Positions 1-13,000 of a stretch of DNA of 64,000 bases are shown here, one piece after another (the first letter of the stretch is position 1; each line of letters begins with the position of its first letter). This DNA is from Eledone cirrhosa (Eukaryota): the NCBI GenBank assembly GCA_964016885.1, contig OZ024744.1:96100001-96164000 (forward strand), given 5' to 3'. Position numbers and translations under genes: made by a program. The notes under the pieces were generated by a model. It saw nothing but the letters and a program-made list of their open reading frames with translations. It had not been told where the DNA came from and ran no database searches.

Positions 1-16
1 ATTATTTGTTACCCCG

Positions 17-53
<37 letters not shown>

Positions 54-54
54 A

Positions 55-110
55 TATATATATTTCGATGATAGCCATTGAGTGGCTATGACCTCATCAG
101 CCAGTTAGTC
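55..110 (-). ncRNA. Truncated type I hammerhead ribozyme abutting (TA)n
   Basis: Minus strand: aactgg CTGATGA ggtcatagcca-ctcaa-tggctatcatc GAAA tatata. Stem II pairs 10 of 11 positions; the 3' strand of stem I is missing and replaced by the TA tract. Confidence 0.6.
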
Positions 111-171
111 AGTTCTTAGATATGCCAGCTCCGTGTTTATAGTGTTGATTGTATCAGAGCCTTGGGACATA

Positions 172-204
<33 letters not shown>

Positions 205-255
205 ATATATATATATTTATACATATATATATATATATATATACATATATATATG

Positions 256-336
<81 letters not shown>

Positions 337-339
337 TAT

Positions 340-438
340 TAATATTAATAAATATTTGCTTTACGGTTCTTATATATTTTATATATATTTATCCTTATCG
401 AGCCCTCTTTGGATTTTAGTCTTCAAATTTATTATTAT

Positions 439-442
<4 letters not shown>
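340..442. repeat. Short (TA)n-associated interspersed repeat fragment
   Basis: ttatccttatcgagccctctttggattttagtcttcaaatttattattattacta recurs at ~56198-56252, ~56275-56329, inverted at ~56340-56395, and at ~58034-58088. Confidence 0.8.
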
Positions 443-480
<38 letters not shown>

Positions 481-639
481 CTTGCTTACATCTCACTCAC
501 GTCGGACGGTCTGTACCTCTCTCGCTCATGAAATCCACCCAGCTTATGCAGACCGGACAACCATGTTGCTTGTTTATTTTCCTATCTTTGGTTTGCCTTT
601 ATCCTTCTATGTTGTTTACTTGTCCCCCTCGCTTTACGC

Positions 640-795
640 GATTTACTGGTCCCAATAACTTTTTTTAGTTATTGCTCACACCAACCTGAGGTATATGATT
701 TTTAATGCGATGATATATACCAATGATGGTTGGAAAATCACTGACGAAGGACTATTTTTATCATATGTAACCCATGTGCAACCACGCAGTATTCT
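640..795 (+). mobile_element. Diverged copy of the repeat at 62070-62230 / 62690-62850 (possible PLE 3' remnant)
   Basis: Shared motifs gtcccaa..ac, caccaacctgaggtatatg, cactgaNga, catatgtaacccat. Confidence 0.55.
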
Positions 796-806
796 TCTTT
801 CTTCTC

Positions 807-885
<79 letters not shown>

Positions 886-1371
886 TTTTACATAATTTAC
901 ACATCACCGAATTCTTTCGCTAATATAGGGGTTCCCTCCCTTGCTGAATACCATGTGCGTTTTCGGCTATAGGTCCCTTCTGTATTATTGAACGGGAACT
1001 CGTTGAAGAAGCTTTTCCTCGTTCGTCTCCTCTCTAGAGGTCATATATATTTTTTATGTGGGCTGATAGTGATTTGATTAAGGAATTGCAGAAACCCAAG
1101 AAGCTAGATTTTAACATCTTTCTAGCGGGTCCGGGTGAGTTTTTTTACATTCATTTAATTTATTAATTTATTGATATTTTATTTGAGTGACCCGAATCTT
1201 CCTGGTCGTTCTTTTTCGGCTGCACGGGTGATTTTAGGCATGATCTCTGTGTGTTGGTATTTTAACGATAGTTATAGCTCTGGTTTATCCAAACTATTGA
1301 GCCCTCTGCCACACATGTCGGATATTGTTTATCGTGATTTCGTGGGCCGATATTCCGATTCCCGATCATTC

Positions 1372-1441
<70 letters not shown>

Positions 1442-1566
1442 CAGGCCAGTTTGTCCATGAAAGTAATCCGCTGTTCAAACACAGACTAGGTAAATCTAAT
1501 GTTTCAGCAATCTGAGATTGACAAAATAATTATCTATGTCATACTGGAATAACATTTTGGAAGAGA

Positions 1567-1745
1567 GTGTGTGTGGTGGTGGTGGTGGTGGTAGTGGTGG
1601 TGGTGGTGGTGGTGGGTGGTGGAGTGGGGGGGTGAGGGCAACAACAACAACAACAACAACAAACTCTCCCACTCTCTATCTTTCTCTTTCTCTCTGTTAA
1701 AAAAAAGCAGGAGCAACAACTACAACAACAAACATTACGCCCCCC

Positions 1746-1780
<35 letters not shown>

Positions 1781-2172
1781 CTCTGTTAAAAACAACAACA
1801 ACACTCTTCCCACTCTCTCCGTCTCTCTCTCTCTTTCTCTCACTTTCTCTCTCTCTCTCTCTCTCTCGGTTACATAACAACAACACTCCTCCCACTCTCT
1901 CTCTCTCCCTCTCTCTCTGTTACATAACAACAACACTACTCCCACTCTCTCTCCTCCCTCTCCTCCCCATTCTCCCTCTCCTCCCCATTCTCCCTCTCCC
2001 TCTTTCCCTCTCTCCCTCTCCATCCCCTCTCTCTCCCTCTATCTCCCTCACTCTTTGTCCCCCCCACCTCACTCCTTCTATCTCCCTCTCGCTCTGTCGC
2101 CATCTCTCTCTGCCCCCCTCTCCCTCTATCTCCCCCCTCTCTCTCTCTCTCTCTGCCCCACTCTCTCTCCCC
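1567..2172. repeat. Compound simple repeats (GGT)n, (CAA)n, (CT)n
   Basis: Directly visible low-complexity tracts. Confidence 0.9.
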
Positions 2173-2257
2173 AAGAGGAGGAAGAGCTAAGTACTCATTA
2201 GTTTTGAAGGCTAATTAGGCTGATGATGTTCAAGTTGAGCGTCAGGATGGGGGATGA

Positions 2258-5200
2258 GTGGTGTTGTGAGGTGGAGTGTTATAGTGGTGTTGTGAGGTGG
2301 GGTGTTATAGTGGTGTTGTGAGGTGGAGTGTTATAGTGGTGTTGTGAGGTGGAGTGTTATAGTGGTGTTGTGAGGTGGAGTGTTATAGTGGTGTTGTGAG
2401 GTGGGGTGTTATAGTGGTGTTGTGAGGTGGGGTGTTATAGTGGTGTTGTGAGGTGGAGTGTTATAGTGGTGTTGTGAGGTGGAGTGTTATAGTGGTGTTG
2501 TGAGGTGGAGTGTTATAGTGTGTTGTGAGGTGGAGTGTTATAGTGTGTTGTGAGGTGGGGTGTTATAGTGGTGTTGTGAGGTGGGGTGTTATAGTGGTGT
2601 TGTGAGGTGGAGTGTTATAGTGTGTTGTGAGGTGGGGTGTTATAGTGGTGTTGTGAGGTGGGGTGTTATAGTGGTGTTGTGAGGTGGAGTGTTATAGTGG
2701 TGTTGTGAGGTGGAGTGTTATAGTGGTGTTGTGAGGTGGAGTGTTATAATGGTGTTGTGAGGTGGAGTGTTATAATGGTGTTGTGAGGTGGAGTGTTATA
2801 GTGGTGTTGTGAGGTGGAGTGTTATAGTGGTGTTGTGAGGTGGGGTGTTATAGTGGTGTTGTGAGGTGGGGTGTTATAGTGGTGTTGTGAGGTGGAGTGT
2901 TATAGTGGTGTTGTGAGGTGGGGTGTTATAGTGGTGTTGTGAGGTGGGGTGTTATAGTGGTGTTGTGAGGTGGAGTGTTATAGTGGTGTTGTGAGGTGGA
3001 GTGTTATAGTGGTGTTGTGAGGTGGAGTGTTATAGTGTGTTGTGAGGTGGAGTGTTATAGTGTGTTGTGAGGTGGGGTGTTATAGTGGTGTTGTGAGGTG
3101 GGGTGTTATAGTGGTGTTGTGAGGTGGAGTGTTATAGTGTGTTGTGAGGTGGGGTGTTATAGTGGTGTTGTGAGGTGGGGTGTTATAGTGGTGTTGTGAG
3201 GTGGAGTGTTATAGTGGTGTTGTGAGGTGGAGTGTTATAGTGGTGTTGTGAGGTGGAGTGTTATAGTGGTGTTGTGAGGTGGAGTGTTATAGTGTGTTGT
3301 GAGGTGGGGTGTTATAGTGGTGTTGTGAGGTGGGATGTTATAGTGGTGTTGTGAGGTGGAGTGTTATAGTGGTGTTGTGAGGTGGGGTGTTATAATGGTG
3401 TTGTGAGGTGGGGTGTTATAATGGTGTTGTGAGGTGGGGTGTTATAATGGTGTTGTGAGGTGGAGTGTTATAGTGGTGTTGTGAGGTGGGGTGTTATAGT
3501 GGTGTTGTGAGGTGGAGTGTTATAGTGGTGTTGTGAGGTGGAGTGTTATAGTGGTGTTGTGAGGTGGAGTGTTATAGTGGTGTTGTGAGGTGGGGTGTTA
3601 TAGTGGTGTTGTGAGGTGGGGTGTTATAGTGGTGTTGTGAGGTGGAGTGTTATAGTGGTGTTGTGAGGTGGGGTGTTATAGTGGTGTTGTGAGGTGGGGT
3701 GTTATAGTGGTGTTGTGAGGTGGAGTGTTATAGTGGTGTTGTGAGGTGGGGTGTTATAGTGGTGTTGTGAGGAGGGGTGTTATAGTGGTGTTGTGAGGTG
3801 GAGTGTTATAGTGGTGTTGTGAGGTGGGGTGTTATAGTGGTGTTGTGAGGTGGGGTGTTATAATGGTGTTGTGAGGTGGAGTGTTATAGTGGTGTTGTGA
3901 GGTGGGGTGTTATAATGGTGTTGTGAGGTGGGGTGTTATAATGGTGTTGTGAGGTGGAGTGTTATAGTGGTGTTGTGAGATGGAGTGTTATAATGGTGTT
4001 GTGAGGTGGGGTGTTATAGTGGTGTTGTGAGGTGGAGTGTTATAGTGGTGTTGTGAGGTGGGATGTTATAGTAGTGTTGTGAGGTGTGGTGTTATAGTGG
4101 TGTTGTGAGGGGGGATGTTATAGTGGTGTTGTGAGGTGGGGTGTTATAGTGGTGTTGTGAGGTGGGGTGTTATAGTGGTGTTGTGAGGTGGGGTGTTATA
4201 ATGGTGTTGTGAGGTGGGGTGTTATAGTGGTGTTGTGAGGTGGGCGTTATAGTGGTGTTGTGAGGTGGGGTGTTATAGTGGTCTTGTGAGGTGGGGTGTT
4301 ATAGTGGTGTTGTGAGGTGGGGTGTTACAGTGGTGTTGTGGGATGATGTGTTATAGTGGTGTTGTGAGGTGGGGTGTTATAGTGGTGTTGTGAGGTGAGG
4401 TGTTATAATCGTGTTGTGATGTGAAGTGTTATAGTGGTGTTGTGAGATGGAGTGTTATAGTGGTGTTGTGAGGTGGGGTGTTATAGTGGTGTTGTGAGGT
4501 GGAGTGTTATAGTGGTGTTGTGAGGTGTGGTGTTATAGTGGTGTTGTGAGGTGTGGTGTTATAGTGGTGTTGTGAGGGGGGATGTTATAGTAGTGTTGTG
4601 AGGTGGGGTGTTATAGTGGTGTTGTGAGGTGGGGTGTTATAGTGGTGTTTTGAGGTGGGGTGTTATAATGGTGTTGTGAGGCTGGGTGTTATAGTGGTGT
4701 TGTGATGTGGGGTGTTATAGTGGTGTTGTGAGGTGGGGTGTTATAATGGTGTTGTGAGGTGGGGTGTTATAGTGGTGTTGTGAGGTGGGGTGTTATAGTG
4801 GTGTTGTGAGGTGGGGTATTATAGTGGTGTTGTGAGGTGGGGTGTTAGAGTGGTGTTGTGAGGTGGGATGTTATGGTAGTGTTGTGAGGTGTGGTGTTAT
4901 AGTGGTGTTGTGAAGGGGGATGTTATAGTGGTGTTGTGAGGTGGGGTGTTATAATGGTGTTTTGAGGTGGGGTGTTATAATGGTGTTGTGAGGCTGGGTG
5001 TTATAGTGGTGTTGTGATGTGGGGTGTTATAGTGGTGTTGTGAGGTGGGGTGTTATAGTGGTGTTGTGAGGTGGGGTGTTATAATGGTGTTGTGAGGTGG
5101 GGTGTTATAGTGGTGTTGTGAGGTGGGGTGTTATAGTGGTGTTGTGAGGTGGGGTGTTATAGTGGTGTTGTGAGGTGGGGGTGTTAGAGTGGTGTTGTGA

Positions 5201-5846
5201 GGTGGGGTGTTATAATGATGTTATGAGGTGGGGTGTTACAGTGGTGTTGTGGGGTGATGTGTTATAGTGGTGTTGTGAGGTGGGATGTTATACTGGTGTT
5301 GTGAGGTGGGATGTTATAGTGTTGTTGTGAGGTGGGGTGTTATAGTGGTGTTGTGAGGTGGGGTGTTATAGTGGTGTTGTGAGGTGGGGTGTTATAATGG
5401 TGTTGTGAGGTGGGGTGTTATAGTGGTGTTGTGAGGTGGGCGTTATAGTGGTGTTGTGAGGTGGGGTGTTATAGTGGTGTTGTGAGGTGGGGTGTTATAG
5501 TGGTGTTGTGAGGTGGGGTGTTTTAGTGGTGTTTTGAGGTGGGGTGTTATAGTGGTGTTGTGAGGTGGGGTGTTATAGTGGTGTTGTGAGGTGGGGTGTT
5601 ATAGTGGTGTTGTGAGGTGGGGTGTTATAGTGGTGTTGTGGGTGATGTGTTATAGTGGTGTTGTGAGGTGGGGTGTTATAGTGGTGTTGTGAGGTGGCGT
5701 ATTATAGTGGTGTTGTGAGGTGGGATGTTATAGTGGTGTTGTGAGGTGGGATGTTATAGTGGTGTTGTGAGGTGGGATGTTATAGTGGTGTTGTGAGGTG
5801 AGGTGTTATAGTGGTGTTGTGAGGTGGGGTGTTATAGTGGTGTTGT
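2258..5846 (+). repeat. 26-bp satellite block 1, consensus GTGTTATAGTGGTGTTGTGAGGTGGG
   Basis: Period 26 (atag at 2281 and 2307); the 5' part is homogeneous and rich in the GGAG variant. Confidence 0.97.
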
Positions 5847-5884
5847 TCAATAGTCAAACACTTCAGCTAATACACCGCTCACCA

Positions 5885-6052
5885 CTGGACAGGTATACAG
5901 GTATTTCATATTTATTGACTGACTCCGAAAGGTTTGAAAGGTAAAATTTAACTTCGGAAGGATTTGAAATCAGAGAGCGCAGAAAGACCAAAAGAAATAC
6001 CACAAGGCATTCTTCAATACCACGCTCCAACAACTTTTCTAATTCACCAGTA
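5885..6052 (-). mobile_element. Diverged tRNA-derived SINE, antisense (present in all five cassettes)
   Basis: Reverse complement reads ...ctgatttcaaatccttccgaagttaaattttacctttcaaacctttcggagtc...aataaa, matching the sense SINE body ctgagttcaaatcccaccgaggttaactttacctttcatccttacggggg...ataaaa. Confidence 0.7.
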
Positions 6053-6084
6053 TTACCCTTAGGCGTCAGAATTACCCCAGGCAA

Positions 6085-6335
6085 TATTTTAACCCCCTAA
6101 AAAACACTCTTTTAACAAACTTTAAACCCCTAAAAAACAATCTTTTAACAAACTTTTGACCCCTAAAAAAGTCTTTTAACAAACTTATAACCCCTAAAAT
6201 ATCTTTTAACAAACTTTTAACCCCTAAAAAAGTCTTTTAACAAACTTATAACCCCTAAAAATCTTTTAACAAACTTTTAACCGATAAAAAATCTTGTAAC
6301 AAACTGTTAACCCATAAAAAATCTTTTAACAAACT
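6085..6335 (+). repeat. ~30-bp minisatellite (aacccctaaaaaa..tcttttaacaaactttt), copy number varies between cassettes
   Basis: About 8 tandem units here and fewer in cassettes 2-4. Confidence 0.9.
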
Positions 6336-6652
6336 AAATAAAACAAAAAAACCAAACAAAACAAACAAAAGATCTCTCCCAAAACTACACACAAAAAATC
6401 AAAGAAAAGAAACAAACCAAAACAAAATAAAACGGTAAAGAAAACCCGGGATGGTTATAACTTGGACGCTTTTGATCATAAGTCTTCTCGTCCATAGGTG
6501 ACCTGGGGCTAAACAATAATAACATTGACATGATTAATATCAGAGAGCCTTGCCATTGATCCCATTTCTATTGATGATCAACTTGTGTCAATCAAAGAGT
6601 GTTTATCAAACCATCGACCTGGATACCTTCGTTTATGGACTTAATATTATGC

Positions 6653-6998
6653 GGGGACGGTGGATTGGCAGAGTCGGTAGAACGTCGGTCAACATGCTTT
6701 GTGGCATAGAGTTACCTCCCTTTATGTTCTGAGTTCAAATGCCACCGAGGTTAACTTTACCTTTCATCCTTACGGGGGTGGATAAAATAAAGTACCAGTA
6801 ATGCACTGGTGTCATTTAATCGACTTTCCCCTCTCCCCTTCAAATTGTTGGCCTTGTGTCTATAGTGGAAACAATTATAATGTAGGGACGGTGGTTTGGC
6901 AGAATCGGTAGAGCGTCGGACACCCTCCTTCGCGGCATAGAGTTACGTCCCTTTACATTCTGAGTTCAAATCCCGCGTAGGTTAGTTTTATCTTTCAA
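6653..6998 (+). mobile_element. tRNA-derived SINE, full copy (6653-6878) plus 3'-truncated copy (6884-6998)
   Basis: Pol III A box tggcagagtcggtag, B box gagttcaaat(c/g)cc, body ctttcatcc..gataaaataaagtaccag. Confidence 0.85.
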
Positions 6999-7000
6999 CA

Positions 7001-10000
7001 TTGTGAGGAGGGGTGTTATAGTGGTGTTGTGAGGTGGGGTGTTATAGTGGTGTTGTGAGGTGGGGTGTTATAGTGGTGTTGTGAGGTGGGGTGTTATAAT
7101 GGTGTTGTGAGGTGGAGTGTTATAGTGGTGTTGTGAGATGGAGTGTTATAATGGTGTTGTGATGTGGGGTGTTATAGTGGTGTTGTGAGGTGGAGTGTTA
7201 TAGTGGTGTTGTGAGGTGGGATGTTATAGTAGTGTTGTGAGGTGTGGTGTTATAGTGGTGTTGTGAGGGGGGATGTTATAGTGGTGTTGTGAGGTGGGGT
7301 GTTATAGTGGTGTTGTGAGGTGGGGTGTTATAGTGGTGTTGTGAGGTGGGGTGTTATAATGGTGTTGTGAGGTGGGGTGTTATAGTGGTGTTGTGAGGTG
7401 GGCGTTATAGTGGTGTTGTGAGGTGGGGTGTTATAGTGGTCTTGTGAGGTGGGGTGTTATAGTGGTGTTGTGAGGTGGGGTGTTACAGTGGTGTTGTGGG
7501 GTGATGTGTTATAGTGGTGTTGTGAGGTGGGGTGTTATAGTGGTGTTGTGAGGTGGGGTGTTATAGTGGTGTTGTGAGGTGGGGTGTTATAATGGTGTTG
7601 TGAGGTGGAGTGTTATAATGGTGTTGTGAGGTGGAGTGTTATAATGGTGTTTTGAGGTGGGGTGTTATAGTGGTGTTGTGAGCTGGGGTGTTATAGTGGT
7701 GTTGTGAGGTGAGGTGTTATAGTGGTGTTGTGAGGTGGAGTGTTATAGTGGTGTTGTGAGGTGGGGTGTTATAGTGGTGTTGTGAGGTGGGGTGTTATAG
7801 TGGTGTTGTGAGGTGGGGTGTCATAATGGTGTTGTGAGGTGGAGTGTTATAATGGTGTTTTGAGGTGGGGTGTTATAATGGTGTTGTGAGGTTGGGTGTT
7901 ATAGTGGTGTTGTGAGGTGGGGTGTTATAGTGGTGTTGTGAGGTGAGGTGTTATAGTGGTGTTGTGAGGTGGAGTGTTATAGTGGTGTTGTTAGGTGGGG
8001 TGTTATAGTGGTGTTGTGAGGTGGGGTGTTATAGTGGTGTTGTGAGGTGGGGTGTTACAATGGTGTTGTGAGGTGGGATGTTATAGTGGTGTTGTGAGAT
8101 GGGGTGTTATAGTGGTGTTGTGATGTGGGGTGTTATAGTGGTGTCGTGAGGTTGGGTGTTATAGTGGTGTTGTGAGGTGGGGTGTTACAGTGGTGTTGTG
8201 AGGTGGGATGTTATAGTGGTGTTGTGAGGTGGGGTGTTATAGTGGTTTTGTGAGGTGGAGTGTTATAGTGGTGTTGTGAGGTGGGTGTTATAGTGGTGTT
8301 GCGAGGTGGGGTGTTATAGTGGTGTTGTGAGGTGGGGTGTTATAGTGGTGTTGTGAAGTGGGGTGTTATAGTGGTGTTGTGAGGTGGGGTGTGATAGTGG
8401 TGTTGTGAGGTGGGGTGTTATAATGGTGTTGTGAGGTGGGGTGTTATAGTGGTGTTGTGAGGTGGAGTGTTATAGTGGTGTTGTGAGGTGGGTGTTATAG
8501 TGGTGTTGTGAGGTGGGGTGTTATAGTGGTGTTGTGAGGTGGCGTGTTATAGTGGTGTTGTGAGGTGAGGTGTTATAGTGGTGTTGTGAGGTGGAGAGTT
8601 ATAGTGGTGTTGTGAGGTGGGGTGTTATAGTGGTGTTGTGAGGTGGGGTGTTATAGTGGTGTTGTGAGGTGGGGTGTTATAGTGGTGTTGTGAGGTGTTG
8701 TGTTATAGTGGTGTTATAGTGGTGTTTTGAGGTGGGATGTTATAGTGGTGTTTTGAGGTGGGGTGTTATAATGGTGTTGTGAGGCGGGGTGTTATAGTGT
8801 TGTTGTGAGGTGGGGTGTTATAGTGGTGTTGTGAGGTGGGGTGTTATAATGGTGTTGTGAGGTGGGGTTTTATAGTGGTGTTGTGAGGTGGGGTGTTATA
8901 TTGGTGTTGTGAGGTGGGGTGTTACAGTGGTGTTGTGGGCTGATGTGTTATAGTGTTGTTGTGAGGTGGGATGTTATAGTGGTGTTGTGAAGTGGAGTGT
9001 TATAATGGTGTTGTGAGGTGGGGTGTTATAGTGGTGTTGTGAGGTGGGGTGTTATAGTGGTGTTGTGAGGTGGGGTGTTATAGTGGTGTTGTGAGGTAGG
9101 GTGTTATAGTGGTGTTGTGGGGGTGATGTGTTATAGTGGTGTTTTGAGGTGGGGTGTTATAATGGTGTTGTGAGGTGGGGTGTTACAATGGTGTTATGAG
9201 GTGGGGTGTTATAGTGGTGTTGTGAGGTGGGGTGTTATAGTGGCGTTGTGAGGTGAGGTGTAATAGTGGTGTTGTGAGGTGGAGTGTTATAATGGTGTTT
9301 TGAGGTGGGGTGTTATAATGGTGTTGTGAGGTGGGGTGTTATAGTGGTGTTGTGAGGTGGGCGTTATAGTGGTGTTGTGAGGTGGGGTGTTATAGTGGTG
9401 TTGTGAGGTGGGGTGTTATAGTGGTGTTGTGAGGTGGGGTGTTATAATGGTGTTGTGAGGTGGGGTGTTATAGTGGTGTTGTGAGGTGGGGTGTTATATT
9501 GGTGTTGTGAGGTGGTGTGTTATAGTGGTGTTGTTGTGAGGTGGGGTGTTATAGTGGTGTTGTGGGGTGATGTGTTATAGTGGTGTTTTGAGGTAGGGTG
9601 TTATAATGGTGTTGTGAGGTGGGGTGTTATAATGGTGTTATGAGGTGGGGTGTTATAGTGGTGTTGTGAGGTGGGGTGTTATAGTGGCGTTGTGAGGTGA
9701 GGTGTTATAGTGGTGTTGTGAGGTGGAGTGTTATAATGGTGTTTTGAGGTGGGGTGTTATAATGGTGTTGTGAGGTGGGGTGTTATAGTGGTGTTGTGAG
9801 GTGGGTGTTATAGTGGTGTTGTGAGGTGGGGTGTTAAAGTGGTGTTGTCAGGCGGGGTGTTATAGTGGTGTTGTGAGGTGGGGTTTTATAGTGGTGTTGT
9901 GAGGTGGGGTGTTATAGTGGTGTTGTGAGGTGGGGTGTTATAGTGGTGTTGTGAGGTGGGGTGTTATAGTGGTGTTGTGGGGTGGGTTGTTATAGTGGTG

Positions 10001-13000
10001 TTGTGAGGTGGGGTGTTATAGTGGTGTTGTGAGGTGGGTGTTATAGTGGTGTTGTGAGGTGGGATGTTATAGTGGTGTTGTGAGGTGGAGTGTTATAATG
10101 GTGTTTTGAGGTGGGGTGTTATAATGGTGTTGTGAGGTGGGTGTTATAATGGTGTTGTGAAGTGGGGTGTTATAGTGGTGTTGTGAGGTGGAGTGTTATA
10201 GTGGTGTTGTGAGGTGTGGTGTTATAGTGGTCTTGTGAGGTGGGGTGTTATAGTGGTGTTGTGAGGTGGGGTGTTATAATGGTGTTGTGAGGTGGAGTGT
10301 TATAATGGTGTTGTGAGGTGGAGTGTTATAATGGTGTTTTGAGGTGGGGTGTTATAGTGGTGTTGTGAGCTGGGGTGTTATAGTGGTGTTGTGAGGTGAG
10401 GTGTTATAGTGGTGTTGTGAGGTGGGGTTTTATAGTGGTGTTGTGAGGTGGGGTGTTATATTGGTGTTGTGAGGTGGGGTGTTACAGTGGTGTTGTGAGG
10501 TGGGGTGTTATATTGGTGTTTTGAGGTGGGGTGTTACAGTGGTGTTGTGGGCTGATGTGTTATAGTGTTGTTGTGAGGTGGGATGTTATAGTGGTGTTGT
10601 GAAGTGGAGTGTTATAATGGTGTTGTGTGGTGGGGTGTTATAGTGTTGTTGTGAGGTGGGGTGTAATAGTGGTGTTGTGATGTGGGGTGTTATAATGGTG
10701 TTGTGAGGTGGGGTGTTATAGTGGTGTTGTGAGGTGGGTTTTATAGTGGTGTTTTGAGGTGGGGTGTTATAATGGTGTTGTGAGGTGGGGTGTTATAATG
10801 GTGTTGAGAGGTGGTGTGTTATAGTGGTTTTGTGAGGTGGGATGTTATACTGGTGTTGTGAGTTGGGATGTTATAGTGTTGTTGTGTGGTGGGGTGTTAT
10901 AGTGTTGTTGTGAGGTGGGGTGTTATAGTGGTATTGTGATGTGGGGTGTTATAATGGTGTTGTGAGGTGGGGTGTTATAGTGGTGTTGTGAGGTGGGTTT
11001 TATAGTGGTGTTGTGAGGTTGGGTGTTATAGTGGTGTCGTGAGGTGGGGTGTTATAGTGGTGTTTTGAGGTGGGTTGTTATAATGGTGTTGTGAGGCGGG
11101 GTGTTATAGTGGTGTTGTGAGGTGGGATGTTATAGTGGTGTTGTGAAGTGGTGTGTTATAGTGGTGTTGTGAGGTGGGATGTTATAATGGTGTTGTGAGG
11201 TGGGGTGTTATAGTGGTGTTGTGAGGTAGGTGTTATAGTGATGTTGAGAGGTGGGGTGTTATAGTGGTGTTGTGAGGTGGGCTGTTATAGTTGTGTTGTG
11301 AGGTGGGGTGTTATAGTGATTTGTGGGGTGGGGTGTTATAGTGGTGTTGTGAGGTGGGGTGTTATAGTGGTGTTGTGAGGTGGGGTGTTATAATGGTGTT
11401 GTGAGGTGGGGTGTTATAGTGGTGTTGTGAGGTGGTGTGTTATAGTGGTGTTGTTGTGAGGTGGGGTGTTATAGTGGTGTTGTGAGGTGGGGTGTTATAG
11501 TGGTGTTGTGAGGTGGCGTGTTATAGTGGTGTTGTGAGGTGGGGTGTTATAGTGGTGTTGTGAGGGGGGATGTTATAGTGGTGTTGTGAGGTGGGGTGTT
11601 ATAGGGGTGTTGTGAGGTGGGGTGTTATAGTGGTGTTGTGAGGTAGGGTGTTGTAGTGGTGTTGTGAGGTGGGGTGTTATAGTGGTGTTGTGAGGTGGGG
11701 TGTTATAATGGTGTTGTGAGGTGGGTGTTATAATGGCGTTGTGGGGTGATGTGTTATAATGGTGTTGTGAGGTGGGGTGTTATAGTGGTGTTGTGAAGTG
11801 GGGTGTTATAGTGGTGTTGTGAGCTGGGATGTTATAGTGGTGTTGTGGGGTGATTGTTATAGTGGTGTTGTGGGGTGATGTGTTATTGTGGTGTTGTGAG
11901 GTGGGGTGTTATAGTGGTGTTGTGAGGTGGGGTGTTACAGTGGTGTTGTGAGGTGGGGTGTTATAGTGGTGTTGTGGGGTGATGTGTTATAGATGTGTTT
12001 TGAGGTGGGGTGTTATAATGGTGTTGTGAGGCGGGGTGTTATAGTGGTGTTGTGAGGTGGGGTGTTATAATGGTGTTGTGAGGTGGGGTGTTATAGTGGT
12101 GTTGTGAGGTGGGGTGTTATATTGGTGTTGTGAGGTGGAGTGTTATAGTGGTGTTGTGAGGTGGGTGTTATAGTGGTGTTGTGAGGTGGGGTGTTATAGT
12201 GGTGTTGTGAGGTGGCGTGTTATAGTGGTGTTGTGAGGTGAGGTGTTATAGTGGTGTTGTGAGGTGGAGAGTTATAGTGGTGTTGTGAGGTGGGGTGTTA
12301 TAGTGGTGTTGTGAGGTGGGGTGTTATAGTGGTGTTGTGAGGTGGGGTGTTATAGTGGTGTTGTGAGGTGTTGTGTTATAGTGGTGTTATAGTGGTGTTT
12401 TGAGGTGGGATGTTATAGTGGTGTTTTGAGGTGGGGTGTTATAATGGTGTTGTGAGGCGGGGTGTTATAGTGTTGTTGTGAGGTGGGGTGTTATAGTGGT
12501 GTTGTGAGGTGGGGTGTTATAATGGTGTTGTGAGGTGGGGTTTTATAGTGGTGTTGTGAGGTGGGGTGTTATATTGGTGTTGTGAGGTGGGGTGTTACAG
12601 TGGTGTTGTGGGCTGATGTGTTATAGTGTTGTTGTGAGGTGGGATGTTATAGTGGTGTTGTGAAGTGGAGTGTTATAATGGTGTTGTGAGGTGGGGTGTT
12701 ATAGTGGTGTTGTGAGGTGGGGTGTTATAGTGGTGTTGTGAGGTGGGGTGTTATAGTGGTGTTGTGAGGTAGGGTGTTATAGTGGTGTTGTGGGGGTGAT
12801 GTGTTATAGTGGTGTTTTGAGGTGGGGTGTTATAATGGTGTTGTGAGGTGGGGTGTTATAATGGTGTTATGAGGTGGGGTGTTATAGTGGTGTTGTGAGG
12901 TGGGGTGTTATAGTGGCGTTGTGAGGTGAGGTGTAATAGTGGTGTTGTGAGGTGGAGTGTTATAATGGTGTTTTGAGGTGGGGTGTTATAATGGTGTTGT

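Larger units (their letters stand above)
17..1440. repeat. Cluster of (TA)n microsatellites separated by short repeat fragments
   Basis: TA tracts at ~17-62, 168-331, 442-477, 813-881 and 1375-1440; the IYIY ORFs are their translations. Confidence 0.95.
5847..7000. repeat. Cassette copy 1 (antisense SINE, ~30-bp minisatellite, A-rich linker, repeat tail, sense SINE, truncated SINE)
   Basis: Starts tcaatagtcaaacac and ends ctttcaac; closely similar copies start at 31712, 35587, 37758 and 41242. Confidence 0.95.

Noticed and set aside
2220-2245. CTGATGA plus hairpin as a hammerhead
   Set aside because: No GAAA, stem III or stem I partner.
5863-6084. 73-aa ORF repeated in the cassettes as a small gene family
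   Set aside because: It is a translation of an antisense SINE, has a non-ATG start, and is absent from the ORF track in copies 2 and 4.
6550-6732. 60-83-aa MPLIPFLL ORFs
   Set aside because: TTG start, runs into a SINE, and has variable ends between copies.
6657-6745. tRNA gene
   Set aside because: Has A and B boxes but no cloverleaf, and continues into a SINE body.
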